Below are positions 44,608-54,159 of a stretch of DNA of 64,000 nucleotides, piece by piece. The notes under the pieces were generated by a model. That model saw only the letters and a program-made list of their open reading frames with translations. It did not search any database and was not told the origin of the DNA. How positions within the stretch are numbered: position 1 is the first letter of the stretch; the number at the start of each line of letters is the position of its first letter. This DNA is from a virus, in IMG/VR virus record IMGVR_UViG_3300025085_000010, positions 1 to 64,000 of that record, one strand, 5' to 3'. The translations under genes and the position numbers were made by a program.

Positions 44608-45714
44608 ATGTCTCGTGGCAAAAAATTACAAGAAATGGAAGTAAAGACACAGCAATCCCGCACCGCTGTTAATGCTGGGGCAAAACCTGCCGATCCCATG
44701 CCTAAAATGGGAGATCCAGGTACTCAGTTAGCAGGTGTGGAGGATCTTGGTGGTCCTACCCCAGAAAACTACAAACCCGATGATGATTCAGCTAAGCTGA
44801 AGACTCCAGGAGGAACCCTTAAGCAAGTTAAGGATGTAGTAACTAAAGGAGCAAAAGCTGCAGACCCCATGAAAGGTATGAAGGAAGAAGAAGAACTCTC
44901 CACCGAAGAGACCATCGAAGAGGAAGAAGTTTCCACTGAAGATGTTGTCGCTGAGGAAGAATCCGTAGAAAAAACTGCAGAATACGACATCGAAGAGGAC
45001 GTTAACGCTCTCCTCGGTGGCGAAGATCTCTCTGAAGAGTTCAAAAACAAAGCAAAAACCATCTTTGAAGCAGCAATTAATGCAAAGGTTGCTGAAGTCA
45101 AAGAAGGACTAGAAGCACAATACCAAGATAAGCTCGCTGAGGAAATCGAAGCAGCAAAAGAGTCACTCGCTGAACGTGTTGATTCTTATCTTGAGTATGT
45201 TGCTGACGAGTGGTTTGAAGAAAACGCACTCGCAGTAGAAGCCGGTCTCAAGACTGAGATGACCGAATCATTCCTTGAAGGAATGAAGGGTCTTTTTGAA
45301 GAACATTATGTATCAATTCCTGAAGATAAGTATGATGTGCTTGAGAGCATGGTAGAAAAATTAGATGATATGGAGACAAAACTCAACGAGCAAATTGAGA
45401 AGAATATCTCCCTCAACGGTCGTCTCTCAGAGGCAACTGCTGATGGAATCCTGGATCAAGTCTCTGAAGGTCTAGCGCAGACTCAGAAAGAGAAGCTCGC
45501 CTCACTTTCCGAAAGTGTAGAGTTTGAAAGTGAAGCACAATATCGTGAAAAGCTGGAAACACTCAAGGAGTCGTATTTCAACTCCAGGAAAGAGTCTTCC
45601 GCTGCTAAGACCGAAACCCTCTCTGAGGGTGTAGATCACTCTGGATCAGAGTCTCACTCTGATACCATGGCTGCATACCTGAGAACTCTCGGTTCTTTTA
45701 GCAAGAACAACTGA
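44608..45714 (+). CDS. gp22: Prohead core scaffold protein gp22
   Basis: Glu-rich coiled coil with LSEEFK.KAKTIFEAA and VDSYLEYVADEW..EN.LA. Lies between gp21 and gp23. Confidence 0.95.
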   Translation: MSRGKKLQEMEVKTQQSRTAVNAGAKPADPMPKMGDPGTQLAGVEDLGGPTPENYKPDDDSAKLKTPGGTLKQVKDVVTKGAKAADPMKGMKEEEELSTEETIEEEEVSTEDVVAEEESVEKTAEYDIEEDVNALLGGEDLSEEFKNKAKTIFEAAINAKVAEVKEGLEAQYQDKLAEEIEAAKESLAERVDSYLEYVADEWFEENALAVEAGLKTEMTESFLEGMKGLFEEHYVSIPEDKYDVLESMVEKLDDMETKLNEQIEKNISLNGRLSEATADGILDQVSEGLAQTQKEKLASLSESVEFESEAQYREKLETLKESYFNSRKESSAAKTETLSEGVDHSGSESHSDTMAAYLRTLGSFSKNN

Positions 45715-45756
45715 ATTTAACATTAAATCAAACGTAAACATTACCCTTTAAAGCAA

Positions 45757-47151
45757 ATGTTCCAATCTGAACATCTGCAGGAAAAGTGGGCACCTCTCCT
45801 CAATCATGAGGGTCTTGATTCAATCAAAGACAATCACAAGAGAGCAGTGACCGCAGTCCTGTTAGAAAACCAAGAAAAATTCCTCCGTGAGCAATCCTCC
45901 TTCGAGCAAGGTGGAATGCTTACTGAGCAACCAACCAACCAAGTAGGAAACGGTGGATTCACCGGTTCCGCAACCGCAACAGGACCTGTTGCTGGTTTCG
46001 ACCCCGTACTGATCTCCTTGATCAGACGCTCCATGCCTAACTTGGTCGCATATGACCTGGCTGGCGTCCAACCTATGAGTGGACCTACTGGACTCATCTT
46101 CGCGATGCGTTCCCGCTACACCAACCAGTCTGGCACCGAAGCATTCTTCGATGAAGCAGATACCGCATTCTCTGGACAACCTAAGGGTCTTGATGATGCT
46201 AATGGTTTCAGTGGTGCTGCTGCTGGTTTAGGTACTACTTCACAGACAGGTACTAACCCTTCAGTCCTTAACCCAACCGGTAGTGCAGATAAGACTGCAT
46301 ACAACGTCGGTCAGGGTATGCGTACCGACTCCGCCGAATCACTCGACGGAACAGGTGCTAACGCATTCAACCAGATGGCATTCTCGATCGAGAAAGTCAC
46401 TGTAACCGCTAAGTCCAGAGCACTCAAAGCAGAGTACTCCTTGGAACTGGCACAAGACCTTAAGGCAATCCACGGTCTGAACGCTGAAGCAGAACTTGCT
46501 AACATCCTCTCTACTGAAATCCTTGCGGAAATCAACAGAGAAGTCATCAGAACCATCTATAAGGTTGCTGAACCAGGTGCTGCTGCTAACACCGCTACTG
46601 CTGGTGAGTTTGACCTGGACATCGACTCCAACGGACGTTGGTCTGTTGAGAAGTTCAAGGGTCTTCTTTTCCAAATCGAGAGAGATGCGAACGCAATCGC
46701 ACAAAGAACTCGTCGCGGGAAGGGCAACATCATCATGTGTTCTGCTGACGTAGCGTCTGCACTGACCATGGCTGGTGTGCTCGATTACACCCCTGCACTC
46801 AACGCTAACCTGAACGTTGATGACACCGGTAACACCTTCGCTGGTGTTCTCCAAGGTAAGTATCGTGTATACATCGATCCTTATTCGGCAAACGTCGCTG
46901 CTAACCAATACTACGTTGTTGGTTACAAAGGTTCTTCACCTTACGACGCAGGTATGTTCTACTGCCCATACGTTCCCCTTCAGATGGTTCGTGCCGTTGG
47001 CGAGAACAGCTTCCAACCAAAAATTGGATTCAAGACCCGCTACGGTATCATCGCAAACCCATTTGCACAGGGTACTTCCCAGGGATCTGGTGCTCTTACG
47101 AGCAACAGCAACCGCTACTACCGTCGCGTTACTGTCAAGAACCTTATGTGA
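45757..47151 (+). CDS. gp23: Major capsid protein gp23
   Basis: KWAPLL, LLENQE, DPVLISLIRR, GVQPMSGPTGLIFAMR, KSRALKAEYSLELAQDLKAIHGL and FQPKIGFKTRYG. Confidence 0.99.
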   Translation: MFQSEHLQEKWAPLLNHEGLDSIKDNHKRAVTAVLLENQEKFLREQSSFEQGGMLTEQPTNQVGNGGFTGSATATGPVAGFDPVLISLIRRSMPNLVAYDLAGVQPMSGPTGLIFAMRSRYTNQSGTEAFFDEADTAFSGQPKGLDDANGFSGAAAGLGTTSQTGTNPSVLNPTGSADKTAYNVGQGMRTDSAESLDGTGANAFNQMAFSIEKVTVTAKSRALKAEYSLELAQDLKAIHGLNAEAELANILSTEILAEINREVIRTIYKVAEPGAAANTATAGEFDLDIDSNGRWSVEKFKGLLFQIERDANAIAQRTRRGKGNIIMCSADVASALTMAGVLDYTPALNANLNVDDTGNTFAGVLQGKYRVYIDPYSANVAANQYYVVGYKGSSPYDAGMFYCPYVPLQMVRAVGENSFQPKIGFKTRYGIIANPFAQGTSQGSGALTSNSNRYYRRVTVKNLM

Positions 47152-47174
47152 TCCATTTTCACAAGGTTATACTG

Positions 47175-47199
47175 GAGGGTCTTCGGACCCTCTTTTTTT
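47175..47199 (+). terminator. Rho-independent terminator after gp23
   Basis: GAGGGTC-TTCG-GACCCTC (cUUCGg tetraloop) followed by T7. Confidence 0.95.
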
Positions 47200-47230
47200 G
47201 TCTAAATAAGCATGTAGAGAACTAAGTAAG

Positions 47231-47443
47231 ATGCCTTTTCATATTAAAACCTCAAGCGTTTTGAATCCAACTATTGGTGATGTATATTATAAGGGTGGTA
47301 ATGCTTGGACCGATCTGTACGATGACAGAAAAGTCTATGTAAACGAAGCAGATGCTAATGCGGATAAAGCAACCACTGTTACCAAGAATGGTGTAACTTA
47401 CACTCCGAAGCATTTTGCCAACGCCACTATTGTTAGTGAATAA
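47231..47443 (+). CDS. Small hypothetical late protein
   Basis: 70-aa ORF with TAAATA at 47203-47208, directly after the gp23 terminator. Confidence 0.75.
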   Translation: MPFHIKTSSVLNPTIGDVYYKGGNAWTDLYDDRKVYVNEADANADKATTVTKNGVTYTPKHFANATIVSE

Positions 47444-47445
47444 TT

Positions 47446-48030
47446 ATGGCTGCTAGAGACGGTATATCTGACACTAGATTTGGAACTCCTATTTTAAATA
47501 GGAACTTTCTATCACCCACTGGATTTAAATTTGCTCTTAAGAGAAGTCCAGGGGTTGCTTTCTTCTGTAATCAGGCAAACATACCATCTCTGGATCTTGG
47601 TATTGCAGTTCAACCATCTTACCTCAAGGACGTTGATGTCCCTGGAGATAAGATTCAGTTTGGAGATTTAACACTAAGATTCTTGGTTGATGAGGATCTT
47701 ACAAACTATATGGAACTGCAAAAGTGGATCCGTGGACTTGGTTATCCAGAATCAGAAAAAGATATTAGAGATTTTCAAAGACTTGGAAGGGGTGATGTTG
47801 GTGGAGCATACACCAGAGAAGGATTAAACATCTATTCAGATGCTACACTACAAATCCTCAGCAATAACCTTGTTCCTAAATTTCAAGTTACTTTTAAAGA
47901 TGTATTTCCATATACACTATCAACTGTTACTTTTGATGCAACTGATACAGATATCGAGTACTTTACAGCAGACGTAAGTTTCAAGTATACTATCTATGAT
48001 ATAATAGATATGAGTGGCAATCCTTTATGA
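47446..48030 (+). CDS. gp3: Tail completion / tube terminator gp3
   Basis: NFLSPTGFKF, FFCNQANIP, PGDKIQFGDL.LRFLVDEDL.NY.E..KW and SDATL.IL. Confidence 0.92.
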   Translation: MAARDGISDTRFGTPILNRNFLSPTGFKFALKRSPGVAFFCNQANIPSLDLGIAVQPSYLKDVDVPGDKIQFGDLTLRFLVDEDLTNYMELQKWIRGLGYPESEKDIRDFQRLGRGDVGGAYTREGLNIYSDATLQILSNNLVPKFQVTFKDVFPYTLSTVTFDATDTDIEYFTADVSFKYTIYDIIDMSGNPL

Positions 48031-48461
48031 TCGACCTTGATGCACTTCAAGGAATGTGGGAAAAAGATTCTAAGATTGATATGGATAACCTCCATACAGA
48101 GTCCACAAATGTTCCCACCCTCCATGCGAAGTACTTTGAATTATATAATACCATCTTTCTTATGAGAAAGAAAGCAGAGCAACAAAGAAAGAATATCAGA
48201 CACGAACGATATGAATACTTCAGTGGTAAAGCTGACCCTGATGTGTACATAGATAATCCTTTTCCCAAAAAAATTCGTGACAAAGATACGATGCAAAAGT
48301 ATCTTGACGCTGACGAAAAATTGTCTACAGTATGTTTGAAAATAGACTACTATGATACGATGTTAGTATACATCGAAAGTATTCTAAAACAAATTACTAA
48401 TCGCACATATCAAATCAAAAACGCAATAGAGTTTATGAGATTTAATTCAGGATTGGGATGA
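48027..48461 (+). CDS. uvsY: Recombination mediator UvsY
   Basis: W.KDS.ID, LHAKY, YFSGKA, YLDAD..L and R.YQIKNAIEF..F..G. Confidence 0.92.
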   Translation: MIDLDALQGMWEKDSKIDMDNLHTESTNVPTLHAKYFELYNTIFLMRKKAEQQRKNIRHERYEYFSGKADPDVYIDNPFPKKIRDKDTMQKYLDADEKLSTVCLKIDYYDTMLVYIESILKQITNRTYQIKNAIEFMRFNSGLG

Positions 48462-49564
48462 AAAAATTATCCATCATAGGTGCAGGATCTGCTGGTTTAC
48501 TCTCCGCAGTTCAAGGATATTATGCATTTGTTAATAGACCTGATTGGGAAGTAGAACTTATTCATGATCCTAATGTACCGCCAGAGAAGGTGGGGCAAGG
48601 AACTGTTCCTGGAATAATGAATTTATTATCTACAGTCTTTGATGTTGATTGGGCAGACAATCCATTTGAAGCCACGATAAAGCATGGAATTATGTATAAA
48701 AACTGGGGAAAGAAGAAAGACAAATTCTTTCATCCTTTTGGTATGGGTTATTCTGCAGCGCACTATGATGTAAATAAGTTTAGAGAGTTTATTCTTTCGT
48801 CAAACAAATTTAAAGTAATAGAAAAAAATATAAAAGATTATAATGATGTAGATTCGGATTACATTATTGATTGTTCTGGTAAACCAACATCTTTCGATAA
48901 CTATACCACGCTAACTAATCCGATTAACTCTGTATTGCTGGGTAGATCTGAAAAAGAAGATAACCTTCACTGGACAGATTGTGTTGCTACTCCAGATGGA
49001 TGGTGTTTCAGAATTCCAAATATAGATTCTGTTTCTCATGGATATCTCTTCAATAAAGATATAACAACAGTAGAGCAAGCAAGAGAAAACTTTAGAGATA
49101 TATTTGGAATTGATTCTACTGATAATTTAAATTTTTCAAATTACATATCCAATCAATTTATAATTGACGATAGAATTTTTTTAAATGGTAATAAATTAAT
49201 GTTTATAGAACCTTTAGAAGCAAACTCAAATCCAGCATATGTACAGGCAACTAACAGATATTTGAGTTATATGTTAGGAGGAATGTCTAAGAAGCAAACG
49301 TATGATGAAATATTTTCGTACATAATTAAAATCCAAAATTATTTACTATGGTTGTATCAGTCTGGATCTAAATATAACACCCCTTTTTGGGACTATGCAA
49401 CCTCATTAGAGTTTGATGATACTTTATTTGATGCATTAGTCAACGTGTGTAGCAATAGATCTATGGAATCTGTATGGTCTTTGATAGATAATGAATCTGT
49501 TCCTGAAAAATATGGTCAGTGGGATTTATCAAGTTTCAAAACATGGATACAAAACACTAAATAA
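48458..49564 (+). CDS. Flavin-dependent (tryptophan-halogenase/PrnA-like) halogenase
   Basis: IIGAGSAG (FAD), VGQGT.P, ATIKHGI.Y.NWG (catalytic Lys context), IDCSG, GWCFRIP, GYLF and FIEPLEA. Confidence 0.85.
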   Translation: MKKLSIIGAGSAGLLSAVQGYYAFVNRPDWEVELIHDPNVPPEKVGQGTVPGIMNLLSTVFDVDWADNPFEATIKHGIMYKNWGKKKDKFFHPFGMGYSAAHYDVNKFREFILSSNKFKVIEKNIKDYNDVDSDYIIDCSGKPTSFDNYTTLTNPINSVLLGRSEKEDNLHWTDCVATPDGWCFRIPNIDSVSHGYLFNKDITTVEQARENFRDIFGIDSTDNLNFSNYISNQFIIDDRIFLNGNKLMFIEPLEANSNPAYVQATNRYLSYMLGGMSKKQTYDEIFSYIIKIQNYLLWLYQSGSKYNTPFWDYATSLEFDDTLFDALVNVCSNRSMESVWSLIDNESVPEKYGQWDLSSFKTWIQNTK

Positions 49565-49568
49565 TCAG

Positions 49569-49754
49569 ATGGAAAACGAAGAGCAGTATTATCAATTAGA
49601 ACTGCCAATTCAAGCAGTTCGTATTATCCATACTGGGTTATCGCAGGCCTGTCAAAAATGGTCCGGTGGTCCTCCACATGAGCAAGAAGATTTATTTGCT
49701 ATGCGTGATCACTTCTATAGAATCATGCTAGAACATAGGTTTAGCAATATGTAA
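49569..49754 (+). CDS. Small hypothetical protein (61 aa)
   Basis: The likely start is ATG 49569 (MENEEQYYQLELP...), after TAAATA at 49558-49563. The track start at 49491 overlaps the halogenase. Confidence 0.7.
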   Translation: MENEEQYYQLELPIQAVRIIHTGLSQACQKWSGGPPHEQEDLFAMRDHFYRIMLEHRFSNM

Positions 49755-49781
49755 TAAATATTCGTAGATGAATGGATCTAC

Positions 49782-51257
49782 GTGATTGACACTAGTGTAA
49801 ATCTTGTTATATCAAAATCCAACGAAGTATTTCTTAAAATTAATACTGAACCTCATATAGAATATGAACTTAGAGATCACTTTAAGTTTGAGGTTCCTAA
49901 TGCAAAATTTATGCCACAGTATCGTGGTAGAAACTGGAACGGAGAGATACATCTCTTTGATATGCGTTCCAAGCAAATCTATGTCGGTCTGTTAGATAAG
50001 ATTGTATCTTTCTGTGAGAACTACGGATACAGTTACAAGTTTGAAGATAATAAATTCTACGGAACTCCTTATGAGGAGAATGAATTTATTTCTTTTGAGG
50101 GAGTAAAGGATTATATAAAATCTATTTCGGTCCACGAGCCACGACAATACCAAGTCGAGGGAGTATTCGATGCTCTAAAACACAACCGAAGACTATTGAT
50201 ATCTCCCACTGCGTCAGGCAAATCTCTGATGATTTATTCATTAGCAAGATATTACGCTGAGCATGGGAAAAATATTCTGGTAGTTGTTCCCACGACCAGT
50301 CTGGTAGAGCAGATGTATAAGGACTTTGAGGAATATGGCTGGGACGTTGAGACCCACTGCCATAAAATCTATAGTGGTCGTGAGAAGAATGATACTCGTC
50401 CAATTGTCATAACAACATGGCAATCTATCTATAAGTTAGAAAGAAGTTGGTTTGAAAGATTTGAAGTTGTGATCGGTGATGAAGCACATTTATTCAAGTC
50501 TAAGTCACTAATACAGATCATGACCAAGTTGCATCATGCAAAGTATAGATTTGGATTTACTGGAACTTTAGATGGCACACAGACGCACAAGTGGGTGTTA
50601 GAGGGACTGTTTGGACCATCATATAAAGTAACAAGAACTGATGAGTTGATGAGACAGGGACATTTATCTCAGTTAGATATTCAGTGCCTTGTTCTTAAAC
50701 ATGCGCCACAGACGTTTGAAACATACAACGATGAGATTGAATATCTTATCTCTCACGAACAACGTAATAGGTTTATTAAAAATCTTGCATTAGATCTAAA
50801 AGGCAATTCACTTATCCTTTATGCAAGAGTTGAAGCTCATGGACAGGTACTCTACGATCAGATAAATAAAGACAAGCGAGATGACCGTAAGGTATTTTTT
50901 GTACATGGTGGCATAGATGCAGAAGAGAGGGAATTAGTAAGAGAGATTACAGAACGAGAAAACAACGCTATCATCGTTGCCTCCTATGGAACTTTTAGTA
51001 CAGGTATCAATATTAAAAAACTCCATAATGTTATCTTTGCCTCTCCAAGTAAGTCCAGAATCCGCAATCTTCAAAGTATTGGACGAGTTCTTAGAAAAGG
51101 AAAAGATAAAGTAAAAGCAACTCTGTATGATATATCAGATGATTGCTCTACAAAAAACAGAAGAAACTACACACTCAATCATTTTATAGAAAGAATTAAA
51201 ACATATAATGAAGAAAACTTTAACTATGAAATAATCACTATTCAATTAAAGATATGA
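49782..51257 (+). CDS. uvsW: UvsW SF2 RNA-DNA/DNA helicase
   Basis: SPTASGKS, GDEAH, GFTGT and QSIGRVLR. AATAAATA at 49753-49760. Confidence 0.96.
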   Translation: MIDTSVNLVISKSNEVFLKINTEPHIEYELRDHFKFEVPNAKFMPQYRGRNWNGEIHLFDMRSKQIYVGLLDKIVSFCENYGYSYKFEDNKFYGTPYEENEFISFEGVKDYIKSISVHEPRQYQVEGVFDALKHNRRLLISPTASGKSLMIYSLARYYAEHGKNILVVVPTTSLVEQMYKDFEEYGWDVETHCHKIYSGREKNDTRPIVITTWQSIYKLERSWFERFEVVIGDEAHLFKSKSLIQIMTKLHHAKYRFGFTGTLDGTQTHKWVLEGLFGPSYKVTRTDELMRQGHLSQLDIQCLVLKHAPQTFETYNDEIEYLISHEQRNRFIKNLALDLKGNSLILYARVEAHGQVLYDQINKDKRDDRKVFFVHGGIDAEERELVREITERENNAIIVASYGTFSTGINIKKLHNVIFASPSKSRIRNLQSIGRVLRKGKDKVKATLYDISDDCSTKNRRNYTLNHFIERIKTYNEENFNYEIITIQLKI

Positions 51258-51658
51258 TAGAAGACGATTTTTACTGCACAGTTAAATTAAAATCAGGTGA
51301 AGAAATCTTTGCCAAAATAGCTGCTTCCGAAGAGGAGGATAGAACCATGCTTTTGGTTTCTCATCCTATCATCGTAAATGAAATTAAAGGAAGAATGGGA
51401 GTAGTAGGATACAAAATTGAACCATGGTTAAAGACAACCACTGATGATATGTTTATTGTTAATCTATCTGACGTACTTACTCTATCAGAATCATCTGATA
51501 TTGATATGATTATGATGTACCAAGATTACATTCGATCATCTGAATCTAATAAAAACTCAACAAATCAATCAATCATCGATCGTAAGATGGGTCGTCTAGG
51601 AAATGTAAATGATGTAAAAGAAATCCTAGAGAAGATCTATAACAAAACTCAAGAGTAA
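51254..51658 (+). CDS. Sm-like fold hypothetical protein
   Basis: VKLKSGEEIFAKI...P...PW pattern. Conserved position between uvsW and gp55. Confidence 0.7.
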   Translation: MIEDDFYCTVKLKSGEEIFAKIAASEEEDRTMLLVSHPIIVNEIKGRMGVVGYKIEPWLKTTTDDMFIVNLSDVLTLSESSDIDMIMMYQDYIRSSESNKNSTNQSIIDRKMGRLGNVNDVKEILEKIYNKTQE

Positions 51659-51688
51659 TATAGCCTCCTTATCAAACCCCACAAAGGT

Positions 51689-51716
51689 ATTCTATCTGGT
51701 ATTTGAAATGTGTCAA
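51689..51716 (-). promoter_or_regulatory. Antisense sigma70-type promoter
   Basis: On the minus strand: TTGACA (51716-51711), 16 bp, TAGAAT (51694-51689). Confidence 0.55.
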
Positions 51717-51722
51717 GTCCTC

Positions 51723-51751
51723 TTGTCACTTTGGCACTAAGGTGATATAAT
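51723..51751 (+). promoter_or_regulatory. sigma70-type promoter of gp55 operon
   Basis: TTGTCA (51723-51728), 17 bp, TATAAT (51746-51751) preceded by TGn. Confidence 0.85.
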
Positions 51752-51775
51752 CTATACATATTATGAGATAAACTT

Positions 51776-52309
51776 ATGATACCAAATATGACCAAACGAA
51801 AAAGGTCTGAACACTACGTTAACAATAAGGAATTTCTCGCCGCACTGATTGAATATCGTAATGATGTTGAAAATGCATTCATTAAGAAGTATGGTAGAAT
51901 TCCTGAGAAAGCTGATCGTGCTACAAGATGGGATACAAAACCACCAATTCCACGCTATATTGGTGAGTGTTTCTTGAAGATTGCAAATCATCTATCATTC
52001 AAACCAAACTTCGTCAACTACATGTTCAAAGAGGACATGATCTCTGACGGAATTGAGAACTGTGTTCAGTACATACATAACTTTAACCCAGAGAAATCCC
52101 AGAATCCCTTTGCGTATTTCACTCAGATTATTCATTACGCTTTTCTGCGTCGTATTCAGCGAGAGAAAAGACAGTTAGAAATCAAGAATAAGATTATTGA
52201 AAAGTCTGGGTACAGTGAGGTGTTTGATGATAACAATACCCTTGACGGATCAAACTATTCCGACTACAATCAAATCAAAGATAACGTTCATTCCAAACTG
52301 CGTGGTTAA
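51776..52309 (+). CDS. gp55: Late-transcription sigma factor gp55
   Basis: HYVNNKEFL, YIGECFLKIA.HLS.KPNF.NY, MISDGIENC and NPFAYFTQI..YAFLRRI. Confidence 0.97.
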   Translation: MIPNMTKRKRSEHYVNNKEFLAALIEYRNDVENAFIKKYGRIPEKADRATRWDTKPPIPRYIGECFLKIANHLSFKPNFVNYMFKEDMISDGIENCVQYIHNFNPEKSQNPFAYFTQIIHYAFLRRIQREKRQLEIKNKIIEKSGYSEVFDDNNTLDGSNYSDYNQIKDNVHSKLRG

Positions 52310-52851
52310 TGAAAGTAAGGTCTTACTGCGACGTTGTAGTTGGTAATTACCCTGATGCAAAAAGTTTTGCTGAAGAATTAAAACCAATACTAGAAAACGA
52401 AACAATCACAGTAGGACATACTAATGTCAAAGCTACGATTCATACCGTTTGGAATTATCTACCAGATCACCCTGAGGTGATAAATTTTAAAAAATTTATT
52501 ACTAAAGAAGTTGATAAACATTTTAATCCTCTAGGAATAGAAGGAGAGAAAGCAAATGTTGTTCAAAATGAATTTTGGGGAAATGTATACACTAAAGGTG
52601 ATTATGCACAATCCCATCATCACATTCCAAATTCAATTTCTTTAGTATATTTTTTAAAGGCAAAATGGTACGATTCTCCACTCGTCTTTTCTGATTTCAA
52701 CGAAAAGGTAGAACCAGAAGAAGGTAAATATGTTTTGTTTCCTTCTCACATTCATCATCATGTTCCAATACATAAGTTTGAACACAAAAGAATAACGTTG
52801 TCCTCAAACTTTGTAATTTGTATGCCTCACCTTTCTCATCTTTACGAATGA
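52309..52851 (+). CDS. 2OG-Fe(II) oxygenase superfamily protein (HxH type)
   Basis: WGNVY..GDY...HHH....SLVYFL, P.EG..VLFPS...HHV and RITLS.N. Confidence 0.85.
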   Translation: MKVRSYCDVVVGNYPDAKSFAEELKPILENETITVGHTNVKATIHTVWNYLPDHPEVINFKKFITKEVDKHFNPLGIEGEKANVVQNEFWGNVYTKGDYAQSHHHIPNSISLVYFLKAKWYDSPLVFSDFNEKVEPEEGKYVLFPSHIHHHVPIHKFEHKRITLSSNFVICMPHLSHLYE

Positions 52852-53885
52852 AAATTGCAATCATCACCGATCAACACTTTGGGGCTCGTAAGAATTCAAA
52901 GTTGTTTCATGATTACTTTCTAAAGTTTTATAATGATGTCTTTTTTCCATATCTAGAAGAGAATGGCATCACTACCATCGTTGATATGGGTGATACTTTT
53001 GACAGTCGTAAAGGTATTGATTTTTCTGCTCTAGCATGGGCAAAAGATAATTATTATGATCGCCTTAAAAGTATGGGCATTAAAATCCATACTATTGTAG
53101 GTAATCATACAGCATATTACAAAAATACTAATGAAGTAAATGCAGTTGATCTTCTGCTTCGTGAATATAGTAATGTAATTGTTTACTCTGAAACTGTTGA
53201 AGTTAAACTGGATAAACTGAAGGTATTGTTTATTCCGTGGATCAATAAAGAAAATGAAGAAAGCACTTTTAAACTCATTAAAGGTTCAACTTGCAAGTGT
53301 GCGATGGGGCACCTTGAGCTCAACGGATTTAGAGCTCATAGAGGGTGCGTCATGGATCATGGTCATGCAAGCGAACTATATTCAGAGTTCGAGAAGGTCT
53401 TCTCCGGTCACTATCACACTCGATCGGATGATGGACGAATCTATTACTTGGGCAATCCCTATGAGATGTTCTGGAACGATGTCGATGATCGGAGAGGATT
53501 CTCCATCTTTGATACAGAAACTCTTGAACATTTTCACGTAGATAATCCTTATCGCATCTTCTACAATATCTACTACGAAGATACTCCACATCAACTCTTT
53601 GATGCGAGTGAGTATGAAAATAAAATTGTAAAGGTTATTGTTCGCAAAAAAACTAATACAAAGAACTTTGAGAAGTTTGTTGATAAAATTACTGATGTAG
53701 CTGCAGATATTAAAATTGTAGAAAACTTTGATTTAAACGATCCTGAAGAGTTTGAAGTTTTTGAATCTGAAGATACTATCTCTATTTTGAATAGGTACAT
53801 CGAGGAGGCAGAAATTGAACTTGATAAGTCTAGAGTACAAAATATTATGAGACAAACTTATCAAGAGGCATGTGAGTTGATTTGA
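52848..53885 (+). CDS. gp47: Recombination endonuclease subunit gp47 (Mre11/SbcD-like)
   Basis: MKIAIITDQHFG, GDTFD.R, VGNH, GHLE and SGHYH. ATG 52848 overlaps the upstream TGA. Confidence 0.96.
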   Translation: MKIAIITDQHFGARKNSKLFHDYFLKFYNDVFFPYLEENGITTIVDMGDTFDSRKGIDFSALAWAKDNYYDRLKSMGIKIHTIVGNHTAYYKNTNEVNAVDLLLREYSNVIVYSETVEVKLDKLKVLFIPWINKENEESTFKLIKGSTCKCAMGHLELNGFRAHRGCVMDHGHASELYSEFEKVFSGHYHTRSDDGRIYYLGNPYEMFWNDVDDRRGFSIFDTETLEHFHVDNPYRIFYNIYYEDTPHQLFDASEYENKIVKVIVRKKTNTKNFEKFVDKITDVAADIKIVENFDLNDPEEFEVFESEDTISILNRYIEEAEIELDKSRVQNIMRQTYQEACELI

Positions 53886-53886
53886 G

Positions 53887-54159
53887 ATGTATATTTTAAC
53901 AATTTATGGAAAAGAAACGGATGGCGCATATTCGGTAACTGATGAGGAAGGTGATCAAATTTTATATTTGTTCAAAGGCGAAGACGATGCGATGAGGTAT
54001 GCTATGATGTTGGAGGACGGTGGAAGTCCAGAAATGCATGTCATAGAAATTGAAGATGATATAATGATTAAAACTTGCGAGTTGCATGACTATAAGTATG
54101 CAATCATAACTGAAAACGATCTTGTAATTCCTCCCGAAACTACACATGATTTTATTTGA
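53887..54159 (+). CDS. DUF3110-like hypothetical protein
   Basis: YILT......GAYSV.......LYLF..EDDA.RYA.ML pattern resembles a cyanobacterial family. Confidence 0.6.
   Translation: MYILTIYGKETDGAYSVTDEEGDQILYLFKGEDDAMRYAMMLEDGGSPEMHVIEIEDDIMIKTCELHDYKYAIITENDLVIPPETTHDFI

Noticed and set aside
45834-46908. Long minus-strand ORFs opposite gp23 (up to 189 aa), and similar ones opposite gp7, gp18, gp22 and cobS
   Set aside because: They are shadows of strongly biased codon usage on the coding strand, with no SD or promoter support and no recognisable motifs.
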